Origin: Lingula anatina
Lineage: Eukaryota; Animalia; Brachiopoda
DNA length: 64,000 nt
Reading direction: 5' to 3'
Assembly (NCBI GenBank): GCA_051362555.1
Contig: CM120644.1
Coordinates: 22,404,534-22,468,533, forward strand
Shown here piece by piece: positions 25,254-37,040 of this stretch. Each line of letters opens with the position of its first letter. The stretch's first letter is position 1. The notes under the pieces were generated by a model. The model saw only the letters and a program-made list of their open reading frames with translations. It was not told where the DNA came from and did no database searches. The position numbers and the translations under genes were made by a program.

Positions 25254-25510
25254 AAAATAAAATAAAATAAAAATAAAATAGTCCGCTAAAATAAAGTAAG
25301 CATTGGTCTGCAACAAAAGCCATGTCTTTCTTCTTACAAAATAGTCGCACTCATCCGTATTATTGGACTCATACCGATACTACATGATAAACAAAACACA
25401 TTTTAAAGCCATAAAAAACTTGTAAGTCCTGTGTCAAAGCAGTGGTGGATTTAGAGGGGGGTTCAGGGGGGTCCAGTAATCTGCATGCAATTTGGTCGTA
25501 TGTATCAGTA

Positions 25511-25703
25511 ACATATTGTCAGGAACCACAGTAAAGAAAAAAGTGTAATTAATGTGTCAGGAACCACAGTAAAGAAAAAAGTGTTAATTAATGTGTCAGG
25601 AACCACAGTAAAGAAAAAAGTGTTAATTAATGTGTCAGGAACCACAGTAAAGAAAAAAGTACTAATTACACTTTTTTCTTTACTGTGGTTCCTGACAATA
25701 TGT
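25511..25703. repeat. Four 38-39-bp tandem units closed by an inverted copy
   Basis: gtcaggaaccacagtaaagaaaaaagtg at 25518, 25556, 25595, 25634; 25664-25703 is the reverse complement of 25511-25550. Confidence 0.9.
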
Positions 25704-25988
25704 ATAATGTGAATATGTTTACAAATCGTTTGAAGACAACTCCCCTCTTTTGTCCCGTTTCTATCTAATTATAACCTAATGTGCAATAAAAATTAGGTGT
25801 TGGCTCACCAGAAGGTAGAGGCAGCTAACAGTTATTAAAAACATAGGTAACGTGTGGATGGATGGATATCAAACTCGCTATGACAATGTAACAAAGAGGA
25901 AGGTGCATTGTAGAAACATACGTGGGCGCATGTATGACGTGACACGCACTCACATACAGTGTAGTTGTGCCTACGGACAACAAACAAC

Positions 25989-26147
25989 GTAAACAACAAC
26001 AACAAGAACAACAATTTACACGCAATTTGGTATCATATGTATCGGTAACGTATGTATGATATACACATGATGCATAGCTTACCGAGACATACGTTACGAA
26101 ATTACATGTAAATTGTTGTTCTTGTTGTTGTTGTTGTTGTTGTTTAC
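25989..26147. repeat. Foldback with (AAC)n/(GTT)n arms
   Basis: gtaaacaacaacaacaagaacaacaatttaca pairs with tgtaaattgttgttcttgttg...gtttac. Confidence 0.75.
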
Positions 26148-27595
26148 ATGTTTACATCGAATTAACTACTCAGCTGACCTCTAGCATAATATTCTTACGT
26201 TGAAGACAAAGGAAAGACAGTTTGTTATATAAATAAACAAACGAAATTATGACAAGAGAAATAGATAAATACATTAATAGCAAATGCATGTATAGATAAA
26301 CAGATAAATAGATTAACAAATGAATAAATATGTGAATTGATACATAAACAAACACATAAATGAATATATTTAGAAACAAGTAACGTTTTGTTTGTCTGAA
26401 TCTTCACGGGTGCAGCGTCTTTTTGGACTGCTTCATATATTAAATCACTTGACAGTTTAGAGGTTAATGTAGTAATGAAATCAATAAGAAGATGTTGGGA
26501 ATTTCATGGAGAAAAATATTTTAAAAGATCACAATGTTTTTTATGTGAATATCTTAAAATGACTCCAATTTCTTTAAAAAAACATTTAATCGTAATTTTA
26601 TTTATTATGTAACATACTTGGCGTGACCAATGGGTATATATATGGTTATTATCATATTTGCACTTAGAAAAATGACAGCGCAATAACAAAGTGTTCTTAA
26701 GGAAGTCGAATACCACACCAGGTGACTCCTGCTGCTGTTTTTTCAACTGTTTATTTGTAATGTATGTACTGGCTGTACCTAGATGCTCTACATTGATAAT
26801 TTTAGTCTTGTCATGTTTGTGTACTACGCTGATCAATCACCACCTGATTTTGCCACTTGCCTGCCATTTTTCCTTTCATTACAAAACACAACTACATTTA
26901 ACAACTGGGTAAGCTTTTTACAAATCAAATTTGGTACGGAAATGTGGACCTGTATTAATGCTTGTGTTTCTTCTTGTTTCCTATACATGTCAAAGATGCT
27001 ATTGGTTGTATTTGATGTGAGTGGTATGTATATAAAAATCCCAAAAATGAAAATTCATCTCAATACTTTTAAACATTGCGAATCTATGCTAAACGCTCCC
27101 GCACGAATGCTTATCTCTAGCACCGTAATTTAATTAGAGAGCAGAGTTATATTAAACTTGAATTAACGCACAACTACTTCACCTTTTCTCCACCTCTTCT
27201 GGGCTGGCGTTTTATCGAATTAATTATCCGTGTCCTTAAGTGCATTTATTTGTGAGAACTCGAAAAGAAAAAAAAGCCATATTCAGGGACTACACCACGG
27301 AGAGAGGAACATCATCACTGTAGCTAGATATTAAGTATGTAGCTCATATCGAAGCGTTTTTTTTCTCTCACCAAATTATGGAGACATCGACAGTTTTTAC
27401 TAGAACACTGCACAATTTAGTGTGACTGAGTCCTTGAGACGGTTTGAGTAAAGATTGTGTACAGAAGAAAGAATTATTTTGAAATAATTGAAAATTTGAT
27501 TAAATAAATAAATAAATGAAACATTGATCAAATTCGTAATTGAATGAATGAATAAATAAATAAATAAATAAATGGACATAAAGGATAACAGGGAT

Positions 27596-27637
<42 letters not shown>

Positions 27638-27968
27638 AGAGAGAGAGAAGTAAGAGGTGTAAATACAACGATCTATTTAATCTATAGCATTCATTTCATT
27701 AAGCCATTACAATGTGTACTGGTCCCATAGGAAGTTCACTTAAGTGAATACAGATCACTTTTTATTCCATGAATTATAAAAACTTATTGTTATTAAAACA
27801 TAAACGAGCCTCAGTACATTGTATCTGATATGTAAATGTGTCGAACGACGGGAAGTGATCTCTGTTTAGGTGGAGCCCTGGTGCCAAAAATAACACCATG
27901 AACTTCAGAATCCACCATTATCAAATCTCTCAATTTCAGGAGGGCGAGCGAGCATATATACATATACC

Positions 27969-28127
27969 CAGGGCCGTAGCCTCCGGGGGGGCAGGGGGGG
28001 CAGCTGCCCCCCCTGGGATTTAGAATTTTCCACACTGGTAGGGGGACACCCCCTCCCCCCTCAGGGGCTTCGCCCCCTCGTGTCCGCTTACTGCCCCCCC
28101 TGGCATTTTGCTCAGGCTACGGCCCTG
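27969..28127. mobile_element. GC-rich MITE, TIR CAGGGCCGTAGCCT, 5-bp TSD ATACC
   Basis: TIRs at both ends; atacc at 27964-27968 and 28128-28132. Confidence 0.85.
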
Positions 28128-28711
28128 ATACCAATTGGTAAAAGACGTTTAATACGTGTATCTCAATTTCGGGGTGTTTGATTCATGTGCAAGGCGATGT
28201 CGTTAGGTCACCGAAGGTCACCCGGGGGGAGGGGGGAGGGAGGGGGTCAGGGGGGGGGTCATGGGGGTGAGAGGGTACAGTGTGTGTCAAGTTCAAGGGG
28301 CGTATTGACATCTGATCTTCGTGAGGAATGAATGTACCCGCGTCAGGACATGGCGACTGATCAATGAAGAGATTAATACACAGATTAATGAAAAAAAGAA
28401 AGATGAACCGTGTGACCGGCGAGGTTGTGAGCGGGTGAAGTTAAGATTGTCACCGTTTTTCTTAACTTGGCTTTCAGCAAACACTTAACTGCTAATTATA
28501 TTTATTTGTAACTATCTATAGGCTTCAATCGGTCAGACGGATACATGAACCAAAGACCTGTTGATGGTATCATATGGAAATGAATACATAAATACATGAA
28601 TAAATGGCCTAATCATGTGTTGCCTCTTCCCTCTCGCCGAAGTTCATTTTATGACACAGGTGTGCGCAGGTGGAAAACTTAAGGCGGCATTGCACTGACA
28701 CCCAAACACAC

Positions 28712-28750
<39 letters not shown>

Positions 28751-29483
28751 CACACACAAAGTGAACAGGGGAAGTGCCTTTAACAGTGTTAGCACAACGA
28801 GAAAATTTACATGATAAAGGAGAAATACCCTCTCCTATAAAAAACGTTCTTAACTTATCAAACAGTCTTGATTATTCTTATTATTCATTTACCCCCAGTA
28901 ATAAAACAATTTATCTATTGTTTCTTGTCTTGACGTGCGTGCCATTTCCAAGATCGTAGTTAGATGAAACTTGTTGATAGAAACAAGCTGGTGATTTAAA
29001 CGACAAGAAATTCATTATGTTCTTCTCGCAATTATCTGAAAGAGACGCGTTTTTGAAGTACATGTACCCCGCAGCTATCCCGCGTATTGTAGCTGTAGCC
29101 AACCTTCTCACAACTTCAAAAACTGTTTGAAGTCTCTGCTGGCGTGAAACGTAGGCAAACACTCAACACAACGCATTCAAGTGTACTGACAGCTGTAACA
29201 TACTTTAAAAGAAAAAAAGTACAATCTGTTCCATCTTGACGTCACGTCATATCGGTCCTCATAGACTGACCATGGTGTCGCCAATTCAATCAAGCTTAGT
29301 GTTTGGTATTTTCTAATCCTGCGGACAGCCCGTCATTTGTTCGGTGTTTTTATAACACTGAGGGTGTTCAGTACATATATTAATAAGTCAGTACGCCTAC
29401 TTTGGACCGTCTGGTTCAGTACAATACAGCACGAGAGAGGATTCCTACAGGGGACTTTCCAGTGCATCCAAATATTGGCTAGA

Positions 29484-29535
29484 ACACACGCACACACGCA
29501 CACGCGCGCACACACACATACACACACACACGTTA

Positions 29536-29621
<86 letters not shown>
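29484..29621. repeat. Compound (CA)n/(CT)n microsatellite
   Basis: Direct reading; similar tracts at about 2655, 7521, 27601, 28705, 32801, 39523 and 55400. Confidence 0.9.
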
Positions 29622-29626
<5 letters not shown>

Positions 29627-31423
29627 TCACCATCCACACACAATTTGCGTTCACACTAAATTACGCCTTTCAGTGCAGTCACGCACGTTCACACGTAGTT
29701 TCCCATGCTTGCACACACATAGCCATGCACGAACGCACATGAACATGCAAACAGACACGTGTTATTTAAGTCTTTACAGTGAAGCCGTTTACTTAATATC
29801 CACCTTCAGAGATTGCAGTAGACGAAAAAAGAAAGATTAAAAGGGAGCAAAGCTGCCTATTATAACTCTTATCTGCCGAGGAGTTATCATTATTGACGCC
29901 TAGGCCTATCATTTCTAAAGGAACGCCTTGGTCACAGCACATACAGCTGTCAGTTAACGGGACTTGAAGGACATTTTGTGATTTGGAGCGGAGAACTTTT
30001 CCATTGCGTGAAAACAATTCTTCTGTGATAAAACTATTTAATTGACATTATTGATTGTAATTGTAAATTGCCTTATGCTTGCTGGACTATGACTGTAAAA
30101 AACTCAAGGAGCTAGTATATGTATGAACACAAAGAACTGCCTCCATTTTGACACCAAATATGACTGTTATACTGAATTTTACATGTAAAATAAGAGAGGT
30201 TATACAATGTATTATTCTTTCATGACCAGGCGAGAAGCTGAAAAAGGTGTTTATAGGTGGCATATTTACGATCCGAAGAGTATGGAATGTAAATCTGTAT
30301 TACTTGGGAATCCCGCTACGAGAAAGCCTGAGAGAGTGAACGAGTGTGAAATGTCCTTATTGTTGGCAGGTTATTGGTAAATTTTACGCGGTATACCTTC
30401 TTTCACAAACTCCGTTCAAAATCAGTGTATGCCCTATCTTAAACCGTTGAAAAATATGCATAAAACCTGTTTTGTTTTTAAAAGTGATCATTTTTACCAT
30501 CATACGAGAAAAATTCACTAGCAAGGAACTGGTGGGTCATAATTTTTCGACCATTTAAGGATATGCTCTATTTTAGTGATAAAGGGCAAATTTGAGGATT
30601 TTCAGGAAATTTTAAATTTTGCTATATAATGGTCTAGAGTACATTGTTTGAGTTACTTTACCCGAAGAAAGAAGTTCACAAAGTCTGTAACGTATGGACA
30701 TAATACACATTCCGCCCTTCAAAGTCTGGAAGTATCTTGATATCTCGTCTGATCTGATTTTAGATATAAACCTTTATAAAATAAGTTGGTGCAAATATAT
30801 GAAAATATGAAGAACAAGGCTAGTTATAAATAATATTTTGCTGAGTAATACAAAAAAGTACTTTATCACCGTGCTGATCTTTAATTTGAAGAAAACTTCT
30901 CAATTTCAGGCTTGTTTCAGTTGTAAATAGAGGCCCCTACATGTGGCATCTTGTACAAGTGATAATTTGGTCTGTGTAATGGCGGAAATAGGCAGCATTC
31001 CAAGCCAGAAACGTGGGAAATAAAGGCTGAGAAGGGGCAGGGGGGTAGACAACAATTACAATTGTATCAGGGTCCCTTCATGTCTGCGGGTTATGCGCCA
31101 CTCAAGTCATTATAGAGAGTCTTGGAAGAACTTTCCCCACGTAAATTGTGCGTATTCTCGCACTAGACGACAGGTGTGACTGCTAAATCAGGAGGTTAAA
31201 GCCGTGACGTCATTACCCGCATAATTACATCATCTCTTCCTACCCAGGAAGTTTAATTATAGTTTTAAGGCCGCATTCAGATCGAGTTGAGCCATGGCTC
31301 TACAAAGCCACGACCTAAATATGGCGGACGTACATGGAAGGAAAACCGCCTTATCTTTGGGGGTACAGTCATTAAATCTCGTCTCCATTCGCCCAGAAGC
31401 TGGGGAGGCGTGTGAGAGAGGTT

Positions 31424-31560
31424 TGACCGAGATTGATAGTAAAATAGTGTACTGGTTGGTTCCGTGGCTCAGTTGGTAGAGTTCTCACACGCGGCCTGAA
31501 CGTTCTGACCACCACCCCTATACAACCTGAGAGGCTAACTTCCAACTTCTCACGGCCCCA
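31424..31560 (+). repeat. Degenerate tRNA-related/SINE-like segment at the start of copy A
   Basis: A-box-like GTGGCTCAGTTGGTAGAG; no clear B-box; second copy at 45069-45205. Confidence 0.4.
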
Positions 31561-32180
31561 AAAATGATTTTTTGGGGAAAGAATACATTCGTGTTGTGCG
31601 AATGTATTTGTACTAGTAGTGCATATCGTCATACATCCGGGACTCAATCACGCGGTTTTCCAAAGAAATAAGATGCCCTGGAGAGGAAAAAACAGGTTTT
31701 ATAGGGGCTTGGAAACTTGATTCGGTAATTATAACTAAGTAAAGCAAATAAAAAACAAAAGATATACAGCAGAAACTTGACAAGTGTTAGTGCTTATCGA
31801 ACTCCTGTTTCCTGCAGACTTTCGGAGAATCGTGTTGTACTGGCAGTAAACAGGATGTGATCACTTTGTGATTGTGTATGTGTTCAAGTATGAAGGCTGA
31901 AAAGGCGAAATAAAAGAACAGAGCACATATCCCAGCGCAGCTGACACAACAATTCTTATAAAAATTACAAGGGTAATAAGTTTACATGTCTGGAGAAGTA
32001 GTCGAAATAGTTGTCGTGGATTAAAGCGTACCCTAAAATTCAGGGCTCAGTATGTTTTGCTGTTTTAATAATAAATATCAGAGCAGTTAAGTTTTAAACT
32101 CGTCCATATCCGCATTGCTTTTTATTGCTAAACAGTGCCGCTGCACGGCAAAGAGCGCCATAGATTACAACTCTCAGTTC

Positions 32181-32731
32181 CAGGCCTACCCAACTACCAG
32201 ACTCGGCACCTATGGATCCTGAATTAACCGGTATATCGGACCACGCTACCCGTTTTCAAGATGTGTGTCAGATCGCATTTCGGAGTACCATACCCCAGAA
32301 CAAATTTTGTAGCACGACTGCGGACTCATCCACGCTCGGCTGAACAACCTTAAACTGTACTCTTACTTTAGAGTACTCTATTTTATTGTCTCTATGGGGA
32401 TATATGGGGACTTTACGACATTCGGTTTGAATGTTTTAACCACTTTTGATAGGGCTTTTTTGCATTGTATTAGATTAATGTGGCAGTCTAAGGTTCATCT
32501 AGGTGGCTTTCAAAATTATGCACCCGGTTTTAAAATCATATAGCGATTTTACGACAATCGTTTACTATCCAATCAAGGTGACAGCCGAACATGCCAGGGC
32601 TCATCCTGTCGGTGTTCTGGCTGATACTCCGAAATGCGATCTGACACACACCTTGAAAACGGGTAGCTTGGTCCGATATACCGGTTAATTCAGGATCCTT
32701 AGGTGCCGAGTCTGGTAGTTGGGTAGGCCTG
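32181..32731. mobile_element. 551-bp MITE with ~105-bp TIRs (CAGGCCTACCC...), 5-bp TSD AGTTC
   Basis: TSD at 32176-32180 and 32732-32736; empty site ctctcAGTTCacaATG in copy B (about 49010-49025). Confidence 0.92.
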
Positions 32732-32739
32732 AGTTCACA

Positions 32740-32795
32740 ATGCAGGCAGGACGTTTGCTGAATGTGTTGATACTGGCTACGTTCGCCATACTGGT

Positions 32796-32848
<53 letters not shown>

Positions 32849-35800
32849 TGTGACTGAGACACGATGCACTTTTTTGCTATGTATGGTTTACTCAAGCCAC
32901 CACATATGATACACAACAAGTATGTTCTTACCGAAGAAAGTAAAAGCAATGGCGACAAGTGTGGTGATATACAAAATCTCTTATTCAAAGATTACTCTCG
33001 GTAGCGTTGGTTGGAGGATTAGATCAATGATTAGGAAAAAAGGATGTCCATGTTAAGCGGTCAACATTACAATACGATCCAATTTTCTGACGACAATCTC
33101 ACACGGCGTGATCCCGGATGCTACTGTACCATCCACTAAACTAAACTAAAAAAAATTAAACGTATTCGTTGTTTGTGAAATATCACAACTGTAGTTATTG
33201 CAATTTGAACATCAGTAGGCCTACTTAACTTTCAGCTTCGTGATAATACTAACGATTTTCAGAATATGACGCAATATTATCAAGTAGTGACCTGTTTGTA
33301 ATTCAACTACGGGCGTTAAAACTTACTTATATTCTGCAATTCAAACTGACTCATACAATCAAATGCTTGTCATGATCGATATTTCCCTTTTATTATTTCA
33401 GGAGACATGCGGCAGTACAAGTAAGTTTAATTTATCACGGAATGTCAGATCTTTGCAAATAGTTCGTTTCATCGTTTTTTTTTAACTTTCGTTAGTGCAT
33501 GTCCATTCAAAAAGTCCCGATAAGTTAGTGCAAGCAGACAGACTCGCCTCAGTATTTCAGCTGCGTGGGCTTAAAGGGCGAATATTCAGGTCAACTTTCA
33601 GGCTTTCATATCCATTGCATTATAAAGATGCTACATGTCAAAGTATTTTATTGTAATGTGTATTGTCATAAGGTATAAATCAATTGATCATGAAAAATCT
33701 TTTTACAAAAGCTTTTTAAATACATACAGGGGTATATTCATTTATGTATTAAGCAATACTTTTCTAAGAGCTATAATAAAAAATCTAATTTGTTTGCAAT
33801 CTTAATAGAAATTTGAGTACATTAAAGTAAGGAGCGTACAGTTGTATATATACTTACAGTTATCATTTTTACAAAAGACGTGTGACAGGATTTCATTTTT
33901 AAGTAGAAAAATCTGTATGCAACTTCCAGACAGGTGTATATTTTTCATTTTTAACAAAATAATCTAATAGTGTGATATGAATGATGTTTTTTTTAATGTA
34001 GCCCTGAGCCCGTGTGACATCAACAATGGTCAGTGCAGTGACAGGTGCGTCCCGTATCCAAACTACCGAATACCGTACGACAATCTTCCTTCTGGATACT
34101 ACTGCGCATGTCCTAGAGGGAAAGAGACACTCAGGGGGACTCTTTGTTTGCGTAAGTGTAGAAATGTGTGTATGTAAGGGTTTGGGTGGGGGTAAGCGAG
34201 TGTGAGTGAGTGGGTGTGTGGGTCAGTTTGTTTGGTGAGCTGATTGGGGTTGTTTTGTGAATGCTCGATGTATGTTAATTCTTATTTTTAGTTTTGAGTC
34301 ATGTATTCAAGGTGTTCGCCATGAAGCTTGAATAGGTTGTTATTTAGGTTTTGAATCGCACAGCTGAATAGCTACGTATTTGTTTATTTATATCTATTAA
34401 TACGTGAAGTGCGTGTTTATATTCCACAGCCATATTCTTGAATTAATTTTATTTGAAGTACAAGAACGAACATATTGAAGTATGATTGCATATACATGTA
34501 GCTGTAGGACGATTAAATGAAATGTTAAAGCCCAAGTAGCTTTGACACAAACCCTAGGCATTAAAAAATATTATCTCGTAGTTTATCTTTTTTTACAGCA
34601 CGAAACCATCCCTGTTTTAAGTACCGCCATTGCAGAAGCTCTGAAAAATGTGTCCCCACGGGAAGCCGAGACGGATACGGTTACAGGTGCGACTGTAGGG
34701 AGGGCTATATTCCCAGAGAAAATGGACGCGGATGCCGGCGTAAGTGTTATGTGCCCTGTTCGAAGTATTATGTTTCTACTGTGTTTGTGTTCCCTTGGGG
34801 TATACAGGGTTTTGCACATCCCCCCACCCCCACCGCCGCCGTGCTTTATTCGTTTCGCTGGCAAAGTTACAGGAGTAGATACATGTACATTTGATATCAT
34901 GTAATATTAAAGGAGCGAACTAAACCAGCAATTACCTTGAAATAACCCATAGTCCATTCTTATCAACATTAAATACAGTTGCCCCTGTGAGACGCACTAC
35001 GCCAGCACAGACTACGGAAGACGGGGGCCAACGACGGACTCTCAGGACCAGAATAACCCCAGCACCTGTCTTCACTAATCTAACCACACCTGCGCACACC
35101 GCGGCACCTCACCCTTGTGACGTCAACAATGGCGACTGTGAGCACATATGTAGGAGAACATCATCGACGATACGTGTCTGCGAGTGTCGTCTGGGTTATA
35201 GGCTGTACAGCGACGGTGTATCATGCGAGGGTAAGACAGAGCATCTATTCAACCAGTGTTCGCTGGTTTCCTTGTTTAAAAGTTAAAATATTTTGAATTT
35301 GTTTTAAAGTGTCTGGTTTTAGTGGATACTCGTATACGGTTTGCAGGTAAGATTGGCAGCTTTTCGTTTCGTATATTCCAAATTAGTTCACTGGAAAGGG
35401 AATCTCATTGGCTTGGAGCTGAAATCTTAACGCTCTAGCACTTTTTTAATCAATAAAAACATTGGCCTGTAGCTATCTTCATGATTGTATATTACATTTG
35501 GCCTGTCGCTATGACCCGAATCCTGAAGTCCACGCGTTTCATAGCATTAACGGTGACTGCACTTGTTTTGCAAACACTCAGCGTTTTCCGGGATATTGCT
35601 TCTCTGGCACTCCAACCCCCAGAGTATCAGAGTAGTGACCAGTGACTCATCTCGATCTGACATTTTCCAAAAACATAACTTGCTTCACCACTTGTTGAGC
35701 AGTATTGCTTACCATACCAATGTTTTTATAAACGTAACTAAAATAATAATTCAACAATCTGTTAACATCGATTCTTGCAGAAGCAGATCCTTGTGAAGAC

Positions 35801-35981
35801 AATGGCGGGTGCAGTGACGTCTGCATAGCTAACTGGCCTTCTCGCACGTGTAGCTGCCGTGTTGGTTACAAGCTTGACGGTGACCAAAAGACGTGCATAG
35901 GTAAGTAAAATTTTCAATTTCTCCTTATGCAATATACAATTATTTACTTTTGTTCTTTTTTGGCTAATTTATTGGTATCTT

Positions 35982-36012
<31 letters not shown>

Positions 36013-36244
36013 TTTTAATTAATTTATTTATTTCATTCATTTATTAATACTTTTTTGGCTTGATAGTAAACATGTTTCAAAAGATTTTTCACAAATTTTG
36101 ACAAGGCAAAGCAATTCAGGAATAGCAGTTCTTCAGGGAAAAAGAAGTTATTTCAATTTCAGTCTCCTTACATTTTTTTTCAAAATATCAAAATTGCCTT
36201 TTTCATTGGTGTATACATGTCCTCTGGGTGTTCTATCTCTTAGC

Positions 36245-36288
<44 letters not shown>

Positions 36289-37008
36289 TCCCTGCAGATG
36301 TGGATGAGTGTTGGGAGAGGACTGCACAGTGTGAACAGGACTGTATTAACGAACCTGGGTCTTTCCGCTGTGCATGCCAACGTGGATATAGCTTGAAACA
36401 AGGAAACAGATGTGAAGGTAAACCATAGAAATAAATACATAGTGTACAAGTACCGGCTGAGCAGCAGAAGCCTATTTTACTTTTTTTAATTTTAATTTTT
36501 TCTTTTTCTTTTTTTTTTTTTTGGACTTTGTCCATTTGAGTTTTAGTGATTCTCTTATAAAGCCAAAAAAACCGACTTATGTGATATTTGAATAAGAGCA
36601 CTTGTGAATTTTTGGAATACATAGGTAAATATGATAGTCACGTCTACTGCGCTATGTGGGATTTACCCAAAAATTGTATATTGTATTAAGCCTGTCGCTA
36701 TGACCCAAATCCTGAAGTTCAAGGGTTTCATAGAATTTTTAAGTAGAAAAATCTGTATGCAAGTTCCAGATAGGTGTAAATATTTTTCATTTTTACACAA
36801 TAATCTAATAGTGTGATATAAATGATGTTTTTTTAAATCTAGCTCAGAGCCCGTGTGACGTCAACAATGGTCATTGCAGTGACCGGTGTGTCCCGTATCC
36901 AAACTACAGAATACCGTACGACAATCTTCCTTCTGGATACTACTGCGCATGTCCTAGTGGGAAAACACTATTCAGGGGGACTCTTTGTTTGCGTAAGTGT
37001 AGAATAGT

Positions 37009-37040
<32 letters not shown>

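Noticed and set aside
25511-25670. CRISPR-like regular repeats
   Set aside because: No unique spacers, no cas genes, eukaryotic context
29333-29840. ORFs rich in HT, CV, RE or LS dipeptides (also about 7844, 32536, 40338, 55494, 59591-60418)
   Set aside because: Translations of microsatellites
31460-31545. Functional tRNA gene
   Set aside because: Only an A-box/D-arm-like part; no TTC-containing T-arm or acceptor stem pairing found
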